Assembly (NCBI GenBank): GCA_048882485.1
Contig: JBHLRP010000003.1
Span: 32,001 to 96,000 of the forward strand
Source of the DNA: Candidatus Thorarchaeota archaeon
Lineage (GTDB): Archaea; Asgardarchaeota; Thorarchaeia; Thorarchaeales; Thorarchaeaceae
Length of the DNA: 64,000 nucleotides
Reading direction: 5' to 3'
The notes beneath the pieces are model-generated. The model saw only the letters and a list, made by a program, of their open reading frames with translations. It was not told the origin of the DNA and did not search any database. The position numbers and the translations under genes were made by a program. Shown here piece after piece: positions 28,564 through 37,328 of the stretch. How positions within the stretch are numbered: the stretch's first letter is position 1; the number at the start of each line of letters is the position of its first letter.

Positions 28564-29206
28564 ACGACATCTTCTTTTTGCCACCCAGAGAGGGTTGTAA
28601 GGGCTTTTTAGGTGAAGCGATCCCCTTCAGTTCTTTCCACCAATTATGCCCGCTCCGTACTATGCTTTGAGATTCCTCATGTACCATTTTGCCGATAATC
28701 TCAAAGAGATCAGTGATATTTGAACCATCAAGGGCACTTGTCATGACATAGGGGGCTCCGAGATTCTTGGCAAAATTATTAATGTCCTTCTCTTCAACGC
28801 GGTGCGGTTTCTTGTCAACCTTATTGGCGACTACCACTACTGGCACTTTCCCTCCGATATTCTCCTCAGCTTCCTTGAGCCATTTCGGCAACTGATTGTA
28901 AGTTCGCTTTCTGGTGATGTCACACATGAGTACCAAACCAGTTGCTCCATCATAGAACGATTTGCGAAGTTCTTTGAAGACATCTTGCCCTGCCATATCC
29001 CACAGGATTAATTTGATTGGTGCCTTTTTCTTGCCCTTTCCCAGTGACAAGTCGCGACTAGAATGCTGGACGCCCACAGTTGATTTATAGTCATGCCTGA
29101 ACCAGCCATGAGCCCATCTATTAACGGTGCTCGTCTTGCCTACACTTTCAGGTCCAATGATACAAATCTTGTAGACATATTTGGATCTGACAATTCTAGT
29201 TTCCAT
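28547..29206 (-). CDS. Rab-like small GTPase
   Basis: G1 GPESVGKTS, G2 YKSTVG, G3 WDMAGQ, G4 NKVD, G5 SAL; RabF-like KLILW, FYDGA, CDIT. Confidence 0.93.
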   Translation of the reverse strand: METRIVRSKYVYKICIIGPESVGKTSTVNRWAHGWFRHDYKSTVGVQHSSRDLSLGKGKKKAPIKLILWDMAGQDVFKELRKSFYDGATGLVLMCDITRKRTYNQLPKWLKEAEENIGGKVPVVVVANKVDKKPHRVEEKDINNFAKNLGAPYVMTSALDGSNITDLFEIIGKMVHEESQSIVRSGHNWWKELKGIASPKKPLQPSLGGKKKMSSKETR

Positions 29207-29319
29207 ATCCTCAAATCATCCTATAGCCATGCGCTAATTATGGTGGAGGCATAAGCTTTGTGGCTTCCGGGACTGCATTTGTTCGCAAGACTCAAAGGCC
29301 TTAGCACCTCTTTGGCATT

Positions 29320-30012
29320 TTGATAGGAATGACCAAATTACCCGAATTGAGATTTGAAGTGAATCGAGAAGGTCTCAGTGTCTGGTTGGCCAAGATTGGC
29401 GACCTCAAACTTGGGAAATCCAGCAAGGAATTCGAGAACTATGAACAGGAGATTTTCAATGAGATTCGGTTTCAAGATGACTTGGAAAGCATGAAGGATG
29501 ACCCTCTATTTCGTTCCTATAGAGATCTCTATTGGACATTTGGCATGGATCCAACAAAGCTGCGTGTTTCTAGTGAAGCATTACGGCGACGTATTCTGCG
29601 TGGGCTTAATCTCTGGAGAATCTCTGATGTAGTTGATGTGGCGAATTTGGCGTCTGCGTATCATAAGCTCCCAATTGGGCTTGTTGATGATGCAAAGCGA
29701 AGTGGGGAATTGAGAATACGAACTGCCAAGAAAAGTGAGGAGTTTGTGAGAATTGGCGGAAAATCTATTCATTGTCGAGGTAGAGAGATTGTTCTTGCAG
29801 ATGATGAGAAGATAATCTGCCTTGGATATGCAACACATGATTCTGAGCTGACAAAAGTCGTTCCTGACACCAAGGATGTTCTCTTTCTAATTTATGGTGC
29901 CCAAGCTGCTACGAATCGAATAATGAATTCGGCAATCGAGATTACAACAGATATGATTGATCGCTGGATACATTGTTCTATGATTGACCATCGCGTCTTC
30001 AGAATTGCATGA
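29320..30012 (+). CDS. Stand-alone B3/B4 (PheT editing-like) domain protein
   Basis: YR..Y...G.DPTK.R.SSEAL.RR, VVD..NL.S....LPIG..D. Confidence 0.9.
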   Translation: MIGMTKLPELRFEVNREGLSVWLAKIGDLKLGKSSKEFENYEQEIFNEIRFQDDLESMKDDPLFRSYRDLYWTFGMDPTKLRVSSEALRRRILRGLNLWRISDVVDVANLASAYHKLPIGLVDDAKRSGELRIRTAKKSEEFVRIGGKSIHCRGREIVLADDEKIICLGYATHDSELTKVVPDTKDVLFLIYGAQAATNRIMNSAIEITTDMIDRWIHCSMIDHRVFRIA

Positions 30013-30023
30013 GCAGAACAGAC

Positions 30024-31991
30024 TTAGAACTGCAGGAATGGTTCTCCCAACACGATTCGCTCAAGCAGGCCTGACTTTGATGCTTTCTTCACAATCTCTT
30101 CGAACCTCTTCTTAAGTCGTGCCTCGTCAACATACTCTGGTTGTTTGACACCCATGGCTTTAATGACTTCAATCATAACGTACTCGAAGTCGTAGACAAT
30201 GAACTCTATCTTCTTTGTCTTTCCCCGCTTTGTTACTTCTTTCTTGACCTTCTTTGCCAGACCCTGCCTAATCGCTGCTTTTGTTTCTTTGAGATAATAT
30301 GTTAACGCCTTCTCATAGTTCAATTCGCCGACCTTGACGAGTTCTTTGAGAAATGGGAGGCCAAATGCCGTCTTCGCAACCTTCTCGATTTTCGCCACAA
30401 ATCCATTCATTAGGTCCTCATACGAAACCATCCCAGCTTGCCCTCGGGTGTCAAACACCTTCTCGTCATTCTTGGCACTCTTGAACCTGGCCTTCTTGGC
30501 AGCCAATTCTTGCTCGCGACGCTTCCTCTCTTCCTCTTCTTTTTTCAGACGTTCTGCTTCTGCCTTGGCCTTCTCAGCTTCCTTGCGTTTTCTTTCCTGC
30601 TCAGCTTTTCTTTCAGCGGCCTTCTTCTCTCGCTCTTTTCGTTCAGCCTCCTCTCTTGCGAGTCGTTCTTGCTCGAGTTTCTTCAAGACCTTCTCTTGCT
30701 CTTCCCTCAGGACCGACATGTGCTTCTGAACATCTTTCTCTGTAAGAGTGATATGCTTCGTGAGAAGCCATCTGACACCGATGTGATTCACCTTTGGTTT
30801 GTGGTCAGCTGAGGAGAAGATGAAACTCGCAGTCTGCTGTCCAGGCAAAGCACCTATGATCTCTTCGGATGCCTTTTCTCCAGCGATTGGTTCAAGTATT
30901 CTCTCTAGTACCTTCAGAGATTGCTCACTGCTAATTCTTCCTGAAGCAATTGAGTTGAACTGCTCAAAGGCCTTGTAATCAATGTCCTTTGGGCTCTGTG
31001 TCGCAATCAGGCATTCAACTCCATATTTTCTAGCCTGCCTAAACAGGAGCAGGAACGTCTCTTTTGGTCCCGGTGCGCGCATGCCTGCGGGAATGAAAGG
31101 TGCCGCCTCATCTTGGAACAGAATCATTCTTGGGTCATCAGTGAATCCTTGGCGCAGCATCCAAGAATAGAGCTGGTTTAGGACGATTGAGATGAAGAAA
31201 TGTTTCTCTTCCTCACTTCTGAGTGTCTTTAGGAAGATTACATTGATTGGTGTCTTACCATCTACTTCCTTAGTAAGATGATCGAAGTCAATCTGCCCTT
31301 CCTCCTTGAAGAGAAGCTGCGATGATCCAACGGTCAATGTCCTAATTCTTGTAGCTAATGTCTGCCTTTCGGTGAACTTCATGTACGGCTCCAAATCAAC
31401 ACCTATTTCTTCAGCAGGAGCTGTCAGCAGATTTGCGAGTTCTTTCAGGTCTTCTACGTCTCTTCCGCTCTCCCAAATTGTCCTTAGAAGCTCGTATAGG
31501 ACAGCAAAGGACTTGCCCTCCCAAGATCTTGAGAGACCACCCACCTTTGTGAGTACCTTTGTCAGTGTCCTTGAGCAATTATCCAGGAGCCGAATGATGT
31601 CGTCTTGGTCGGCCTTTGGATCTGGCAATTTCAATGGATTGATTGAGATGGCGAGACCCTTGCTGCTCGCAGGAGTATAGACTCTTACAATCACCTTATC
31701 CATGTACTCCTTCAGCAAGCTATCCGGAACTCCCTTCTCATTCAGCTGCTTGGGGTCTCCAGGCAGCATTAGTGATGCAATATCGCCCTGTGGGTCAAAT
31801 GCTATAACTGGAATTCCCTCCAGAGCTGCTTCCTCAAGGATGACTTTGCTTAGAACTGTCTTTCCTGATCCAGTCGAACCAAAAATCCCTCCATGTCGAC
31901 GAAGAAGATCCACAGAGATTTCGAATTTCTTTTCGGTTCTCTTTCCATCGTTGTCAAGATAGTTGCCGAGCCATAGCTTCTTGTCTGCCAT
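30024..31991 (-). CDS. HerA/VirB4-like (DUF87/DUF853-type) ATPase with E/R/K-rich helix
   Basis: RHGGIFGSTGSGKT, FDPQGD, FQDEA, RQARKYGV..LIATQSP.DID; start ATG 31991 after AGGTGG. Confidence 0.9.
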   Translation of the reverse strand: MADKKLWLGNYLDNDGKRTEKKFEISVDLLRRHGGIFGSTGSGKTVLSKVILEEAALEGIPVIAFDPQGDIASLMLPGDPKQLNEKGVPDSLLKEYMDKVIVRVYTPASSKGLAISINPLKLPDPKADQDDIIRLLDNCSRTLTKVLTKVGGLSRSWEGKSFAVLYELLRTIWESGRDVEDLKELANLLTAPAEEIGVDLEPYMKFTERQTLATRIRTLTVGSSQLLFKEEGQIDFDHLTKEVDGKTPINVIFLKTLRSEEEKHFFISIVLNQLYSWMLRQGFTDDPRMILFQDEAAPFIPAGMRAPGPKETFLLLFRQARKYGVECLIATQSPKDIDYKAFEQFNSIASGRISSEQSLKVLERILEPIAGEKASEEIIGALPGQQTASFIFSSADHKPKVNHIGVRWLLTKHITLTEKDVQKHMSVLREEQEKVLKKLEQERLAREEAERKEREKKAAERKAEQERKRKEAEKAKAEAERLKKEEEERKRREQELAAKKARFKSAKNDEKVFDTRGQAGMVSYEDLMNGFVAKIEKVAKTAFGLPFLKELVKVGELNYEKALTYYLKETKAAIRQGLAKKVKKEVTKRGKTKKIEFIVYDFEYVMIEVIKAMGVKQPEYVDEARLKKRFEEIVKKASKSGLLERIVLGEPFLQF

Positions 31992-32162
31992 TTGTTGCCA
32001 CCTTGGACTATCCAGCGAATTCTTTCTAGGACTAAAATGAGGTTCTTTTCGGACCCTTATTTCATTTACTGGGAGGACTATGAGTGTCACTAGAAATAGA
32101 GCTTTTTATTTCTCAGTAGTGACTTTGTCCTCAGCTAGATGTTCAAGAAATGAGGGGCAACA

Positions 32163-32933
32163 ATGACCACCGAGTCAGATACAACAGAGAAAGCGGCAGA
32201 TGAATCAGAAGAGGATACCAAAATTGCTCTCGGGCTGCAAGCTATGAAGCATGTAAGAGCCAGACGGTCAATTCGGCACTTCACAGGGCAACGAATCCCT
32301 GATGACCACTTGGAGCTAGTACTGGAAGCAGCTCGTCATGCACCGAGTCCTGAGAATATGCTATCGATACGGCTTGTTGTAATTCGAGATGATCAGGAAA
32401 TGAAGCAATTCCTAGCTGACATTGCTCAGGAGAACGCTCAGAAAGTCTTCGGTTCATCTCCTTTCGAACTCACAAGCGGACGGAATTGGTACGTGGCGGA
32501 TGAATTCAGAGCAGCTATATATTCACGACTGCGTGAGGGCGAGTTATTCAGGTATCCTGAGAAGAGCGACGCTGTCATTATAGTCTGTGCCAGTGATGCT
32601 TGGAATGACGCGACCAAGTTGTATCCCAACGAGCTCTTTGGCTCTGTTACAGCGGGTATGGCCGTCCAAAACATGTGGATGGTAGCAACCGCAATGGGCT
32701 ATGGCTGTGGCTATGAAGCACTTGTCTGTTCGGATGCGCGACACACTCAGCTTATCCGTGACAGACTGGGAATTCCGCCTACCTGGTCGCCTCTTACCGC
32801 ATTTTGCATTGGTGTGCCAATAGAATCGAGGCCACTTGGTCCAAGCAGGCCGCCTCTTGAGAGTTTACTGTATCATGAACGTTGGGGGTATCCATACCGG
32901 AGATTGGCCTTCAGGAATAAGGAGGAGAAATGA
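32163..32933 (+). CDS. Nitroreductase-family protein
   Basis: RRSIRHF, LEAARHAPS, AVQNMW.VA...GYG. Confidence 0.92.
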   Translation: MTTESDTTEKAADESEEDTKIALGLQAMKHVRARRSIRHFTGQRIPDDHLELVLEAARHAPSPENMLSIRLVVIRDDQEMKQFLADIAQENAQKVFGSSPFELTSGRNWYVADEFRAAIYSRLREGELFRYPEKSDAVIIVCASDAWNDATKLYPNELFGSVTAGMAVQNMWMVATAMGYGCGYEALVCSDARHTQLIRDRLGIPPTWSPLTAFCIGVPIESRPLGPSRPPLESLLYHERWGYPYRRLAFRNKEEK

Positions 32934-34063
32934 AATTGAGTATAGAGAAAATTGCAGTAATCGGTGCTGGCTTGATGGGCTCAGGAATTGCATATGTTTC
33001 CGCAGCATCTGGGTATGAAGTGACGATGATGGACGTAAACGATGAGGCTGTCGGAAAAGGACTGGATAGGTTGCGCTTCTATGTGGAATCAGGAGTCAAA
33101 AGAGGCAAATTAACGGACTCGGATGCTGAAGGCCTCCTTGGACGCGTGAAGACTTCGACAAGTGCAGAAGCTGCAGTAAGTGATGTTGACTTAGTCATCG
33201 AGGCTGTCTATGAGAACATGGATGTGAAAAAGGATCTATTCAAGAGAATGGATGCTGCTGCCGATCAACGCACAATTCTTGCATCCAACACATCATCCCT
33301 CAGTATAACTGAGCTTGGCAAAGTTACAGGAAGACCTGAGAAAGTGGTCGGGATGCATTACTTCTCTCCTGTCCCAGCGATGAAGCTGCTTGAGATTATT
33401 GTTGGAGAGCAAACAGGCGATGACACGATTAGCGCTGCAATGGCGGTGGGTGAGAAGCAAGGCAAAAACACGGTAAAGGCAAAGGATAGTCCCGGGTTCA
33501 TTGTCAATAGGATTAGAGCAAAACTTGGTAGAGAATGCATACTCACTTATGAGAGGGGCATTGCGACGCTTAGGGAAATCGATGCGGCTTTGAAGGAGGT
33601 GTATGGTGTACCGATGGGACCATTCGAGCTATCCGACTTTGTTGGTCTAGATGTTTCAATGGGTACTTCCACAACACTCTATCAGGAATTGGGTGATTGT
33701 TTCAAACCTCCTGACACTCTGAAACGCCTTGTAGAGGCTGGTACCCTCGGCAGAAAGACTGGTAGTGGCTTCTATGAATATAGGGAGGGCATGGAGTCTG
33801 AGCCCGAAGAACCAAAGGGTGTAGATCCCGAATGGCTCACTCTACGCATTATACTCCCATATCTGAGGGAGGCAATGATTGAGGTTGAAGAGGGGATTGC
33901 CACAAAGGAGGACATCAACAAAGCAATGATTCTTGGCACCAATTACAGAGAAGGTCCTTTCGATACAATCGAGCGTTTAGGACTTGACAAGATTCGCGAA
34001 GAGATGAAGAAGCTTCACAATGAGTTTGGCGATTGCTACAGTCTTCCTAGAATGCTTCAATGA
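32930..34063 (+). CDS. 3-hydroxyacyl-CoA dehydrogenase with duplicated C-terminal domain
   Basis: VIGAGLMGSGIA, EAVYE, SNTSSL, GMHYF.P, PGFIVNR, PMGPF, GRKTG.GFY. Confidence 0.95.
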   Translation: MKLSIEKIAVIGAGLMGSGIAYVSAASGYEVTMMDVNDEAVGKGLDRLRFYVESGVKRGKLTDSDAEGLLGRVKTSTSAEAAVSDVDLVIEAVYENMDVKKDLFKRMDAAADQRTILASNTSSLSITELGKVTGRPEKVVGMHYFSPVPAMKLLEIIVGEQTGDDTISAAMAVGEKQGKNTVKAKDSPGFIVNRIRAKLGRECILTYERGIATLREIDAALKEVYGVPMGPFELSDFVGLDVSMGTSTTLYQELGDCFKPPDTLKRLVEAGTLGRKTGSGFYEYREGMESEPEEPKGVDPEWLTLRIILPYLREAMIEVEEGIATKEDINKAMILGTNYREGPFDTIERLGLDKIREEMKKLHNEFGDCYSLPRMLQ

Positions 34064-34872
34064 ATTCTCTGCGGAGGAATGATGAATTGTCTGATAATGA
34101 AGTTCTCTATGATACAGCGGACGCGGTTGCCATTATCACTGTGAATCGACCAGAGAAGTACAATGCACTGAATATGTCAGTCAAGAAGGCTCTCTATGAA
34201 CTGTTCAGACGCGCGGAAGATGACTCCTCTGTGAGAGCAGTGATTCTCACAGGCAGGGGTGAGAAAGCCTTCATTTCTGGTGCGGACATTAATGACTTCG
34301 TGGGCAAGGACTCAAAGACTATCAGACCTGTTGTTAACGCCAGTCGTGACATTTCCCGACTCATTGACTCGATGAGCAAACCAGTAATTGCAGGAGTGAA
34401 TGGCTACGCTCTCGGAGGAGGGTGTGAGCTTGCGATGGCATGTGACATCAGATACGCCTCGACAAACGCCAGATTCGGCCTTCCTGAGATTAAATTAGGG
34501 ACATTGCCAGGTAACGGTGGTACTGCGCGCCTTCCTAGAATCGTTGGCCTTGGAATCGCCAAGGAATTAGTTCTTACTGGAGAACTGATTCCGGCAGAAG
34601 AGGCATTTAGAATAGGACTAGTGAACAAGTTATTTGATTCAGTAGAAATGCTTAGGGAGCATACCAGAGATCTTGCCACAGCAATTGCGAGCAAACCCGG
34701 AGTAGCTGTGGGGCTCGCAAATCAGTCAATAGGCAACGCTTGGCAGATGCCACTCTCTGAACACTTGGCACATGAACTTGATGCTTTTTGTCAGACATTT
34801 GATACGCAAGATATCAGTGAGGGTGTCGCAGCATTTCTTGAGAAGCGTGAACCCAAGTTCAAACACAAATAG
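34060..34872 (+). CDS. Enoyl-CoA hydratase/isomerase
   Basis: NRPEKYNAL, AFISGADI, NGYALGGGCELAMACD, GLPEIKLG..PG.GGT.RLPR. Confidence 0.95.
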   Translation: MNSLRRNDELSDNEVLYDTADAVAIITVNRPEKYNALNMSVKKALYELFRRAEDDSSVRAVILTGRGEKAFISGADINDFVGKDSKTIRPVVNASRDISRLIDSMSKPVIAGVNGYALGGGCELAMACDIRYASTNARFGLPEIKLGTLPGNGGTARLPRIVGLGIAKELVLTGELIPAEEAFRIGLVNKLFDSVEMLREHTRDLATAIASKPGVAVGLANQSIGNAWQMPLSEHLAHELDAFCQTFDTQDISEGVAAFLEKREPKFKHK

Positions 34873-34909
34873 TGCAACGCAAATGAGCGAGTTCTCAAAA
34901 CATAGGAAG

Positions 34910-34931
34910 GGGATGGAGGCCAATCCATCCC
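34910..34931. terminator. Hairpin between convergent genes
   Basis: GGGATGGA-GGCCAA-TCCATCCC. Confidence 0.55.
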
Positions 34932-34940
34932 GCTATGGAA

Positions 34941-35561
34941 TTACTCCTGGCCGACTGGTTCGTACCTGCGACCAAGGAATGCTACAATAAGTACTACCAG
35001 CACCAAGGCAAAGAGGCCTAGAGAACCTGCAGCCCATTCGTATGAATTCGTTGCATCCCAGATTATGTCAAGACCAACCTTGACACCTGCCATTATAGCG
35101 CCAAGCAGCAAGGATACAAGCATGAAGCGAGCTGTCATCTCCTTGACCTGTCCCATTTCACCGGCTTCCGTTATCTCTCCACTGAAGAAGACGAATATGA
35201 ATAGGAAAATGTAGGCAATGACAATCATAGCTCCCATGTCGAACAGATTCCTCTGGTAAAGTAGGCCCTCGTCAAGCAGCCCTAGAATGAGAATGGTTGC
35301 AATGGCCATGAGGAACACGAACATGTTGCTTACAAGTTTATCTTCCGGATGGACAAATCCTGTGCGTTCTGTGAATGTGTTTATAGCACTCGCAAGAATG
35401 ACAATTCCCAGTAGCACTGCGCCAACAATCCATGCATAGAATGGATATGCGGTACCAGTTTGACCAAGTCCCTCAAGCAGATACTTGAGGATAGCTGAAA
35501 AGGCAAGAATGGCAATGCCGATACCAGCCATAATGTTGCTTATGGTAGTAATTCTGACCAT
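34941..35561 (-). CDS. 6-TM membrane protein
   Basis: Six hydrophobic helices. Confidence 0.8.
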   Translation of the reverse strand: MVRITTISNIMAGIGIAILAFSAILKYLLEGLGQTGTAYPFYAWIVGAVLLGIVILASAINTFTERTGFVHPEDKLVSNMFVFLMAIATILILGLLDEGLLYQRNLFDMGAMIVIAYIFLFIFVFFSGEITEAGEMGQVKEMTARFMLVSLLLGAIMAGVKVGLDIIWDATNSYEWAAGSLGLFALVLVVLIVAFLGRRYEPVGQE

Positions 35562-35631
35562 TTTGAATCTCCCCGTTAGGAGTGACTAGCGCCAAGAGTA
35601 TGCTGTCTTCTAATTAACTCTTGCTCAATCG

Positions 35632-36849
35632 TTACTGGTCGGCGCTTTGAGCATCAACCCCATGTGCTTCTGGCATGAAGTAAGTACCAATGCAAGCAAC
35701 ACCAATCAGAGCTGCTACGAGAATTGCAAGACCCATTAGCCCGAATGTAGAGTAAGCGTAAGCACCAGTAGCCGGTCCGATGATCATTCCTGATCCAAAG
35801 AAGATGCTATACACGCCCATAGTGCTGCCTCTCGCCTCTTCATGTGAAACGTCAGTCAGGTATGCCATGGCAGCAGGCGGGAATGCACCTGCAATGAATC
35901 CGAACGCTGGCAATAGAGGCCATACTGACCAGAGATTGGCGATTCCACCCTCTCCAGCGCCACCGACTAGAAGATATGCAAGAACGCCAAAGCCAATCAA
36001 CCCGGTGACGATGAATGGCCTTCGTTTTCTTACACGGTCAGACAAATGTCCCATTATGATGATTCCAAGAACAAGTGATATAGCGAGCATTCCGAAGAGT
36101 ATCAGCATCTCTGTGTTAGACAATGAAAAATGCTCTTCTATGATTCTCTCGACATTGGCTATGAGAAGACCATATAGAGAGATGATTGGTACATAGACCG
36201 GGAGCATTAGCTGGATTCTTTTATCAGCGGCTACCATTCTTAGAAGTTCTGTCATCTTGGCTTCGGTCTGTACGACCTTGCGTGTTTCTTGTAATGTGAA
36301 ATAACCGATTACTCCACTTCCGCTAGCTGCTGCAGCTGCTACTAATAGAATCAGCATTGCTTGATAGCCAAACTGCAAGAGGATTATCCCAAGACCATAT
36401 CCTCCAGCAAGTCCCATGAGTGTTGAGAGGTCATAGTATCCCATGAGCCGCGCTCTGTTATCTTCAGCAGAGGCATCAGCAATCATTGAGAGAGATGTCG
36501 TCACTTGTGAGGCTGCACCAAGCCCGAAAATTGCTGCGAATGGCAACAGAACTGCCGCATTTGGAGCTATCGAGAATAGAAATGCAGCGGCTGCGGTTAT
36601 AAAGAGGCTAGCAATCAATATCGGTTTCCTTCCAATCTTGTCGCTGTATGATCCAAAGAAAGAAACGGTGGCTAATTCCGTTACAGGATATACGATGAGT
36701 ACCGCAGCAACCTCCCATTCTGTTAAGCCCCCCAAATATGATTGGCTCTGAATCACAGCAATGGTGACATAGAAAGATGCACGCATAATCATCGTTACCA
36801 GGTACAATGCAATCAAGGTCAGTCGATGTTCCGATGCTCTCAGGCCCAT
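35632..36849 (-). CDS. MFS transporter
   Basis: Motif A GSYSDKIGRK and GHLSDRVRKRR; 12 TM. Confidence 0.95.
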   Translation of the reverse strand: MGLRASEHRLTLIALYLVTMIMRASFYVTIAVIQSQSYLGGLTEWEVAAVLIVYPVTELATVSFFGSYSDKIGRKPILIASLFITAAAAFLFSIAPNAAVLLPFAAIFGLGAASQVTTSLSMIADASAEDNRARLMGYYDLSTLMGLAGGYGLGIILLQFGYQAMLILLVAAAAASGSGVIGYFTLQETRKVVQTEAKMTELLRMVAADKRIQLMLPVYVPIISLYGLLIANVERIIEEHFSLSNTEMLILFGMLAISLVLGIIIMGHLSDRVRKRRPFIVTGLIGFGVLAYLLVGGAGEGGIANLWSVWPLLPAFGFIAGAFPPAAMAYLTDVSHEEARGSTMGVYSIFFGSGMIIGPATGAYAYSTFGLMGLAILVAALIGVACIGTYFMPEAHGVDAQSADQ

Positions 36850-36922
36850 GTTTGTGCCTCCGTCGATTCTTGCTGTTCTGACGACATCACCGTTATAAGC
36901 TAGCTAGTTGTGTACATCAACC

Positions 36923-37285
36923 ATGGGCGTCGGAAAAATCCCGGAGGAGCGAGGTTCACCAGAATTCGTCTTTCTCTCATTCTATAGACTCAAGACAATG
37001 AGTGATGAAGAGAAGACAGACTGGTTCAGAAGATGGGCCGATATCCGTAGCAAGCTTCCTCAAGGAATCAAGATAGTCACTGAGGCTGGTCATGCCTTTG
37101 GAACGGAGTATACTGGATTTACTGTATATGAAGGGCCAATCAACAAGTTCGAGGAGTTGATGTCCATCCTCAGGCGCCACACCACAGATGTTGTTGAAAA
37201 GACAAAGACCATTATTGGGACCAAGGGGCTGGCTTTGCCTACTGACAAATTCCAACGGATTTTGGAAAGTCGGCCAATTGACTGA
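36923..37285 (+). CDS. Hypothetical protein, possibly dimeric alpha+beta barrel (chlorite dismutase-like) fold
   Basis: Beta-alpha-beta-beta-alpha-beta pattern judged by eye; fold is an inference. Confidence 0.6.
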   Translation: MGVGKIPEERGSPEFVFLSFYRLKTMSDEEKTDWFRRWADIRSKLPQGIKIVTEAGHAFGTEYTGFTVYEGPINKFEELMSILRRHTTDVVEKTKTIIGTKGLALPTDKFQRILESRPID

Positions 37286-37328
37286 TCTTGGAAATCGGAG
37301 TGATTCTAGGAATATCTGGAGGCTCAAT

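Noticed and set aside
30334-30812. Ser/Phe/Leu-rich + strand ORFs
   Set aside because: Antisense shadows of the E/K/R-rich helix of the ATPase
30024-31991. HerA-based anti-phage defence system
   Set aside because: No partner nuclease or Sir2 gene adjacent; neighbours are housekeeping genes
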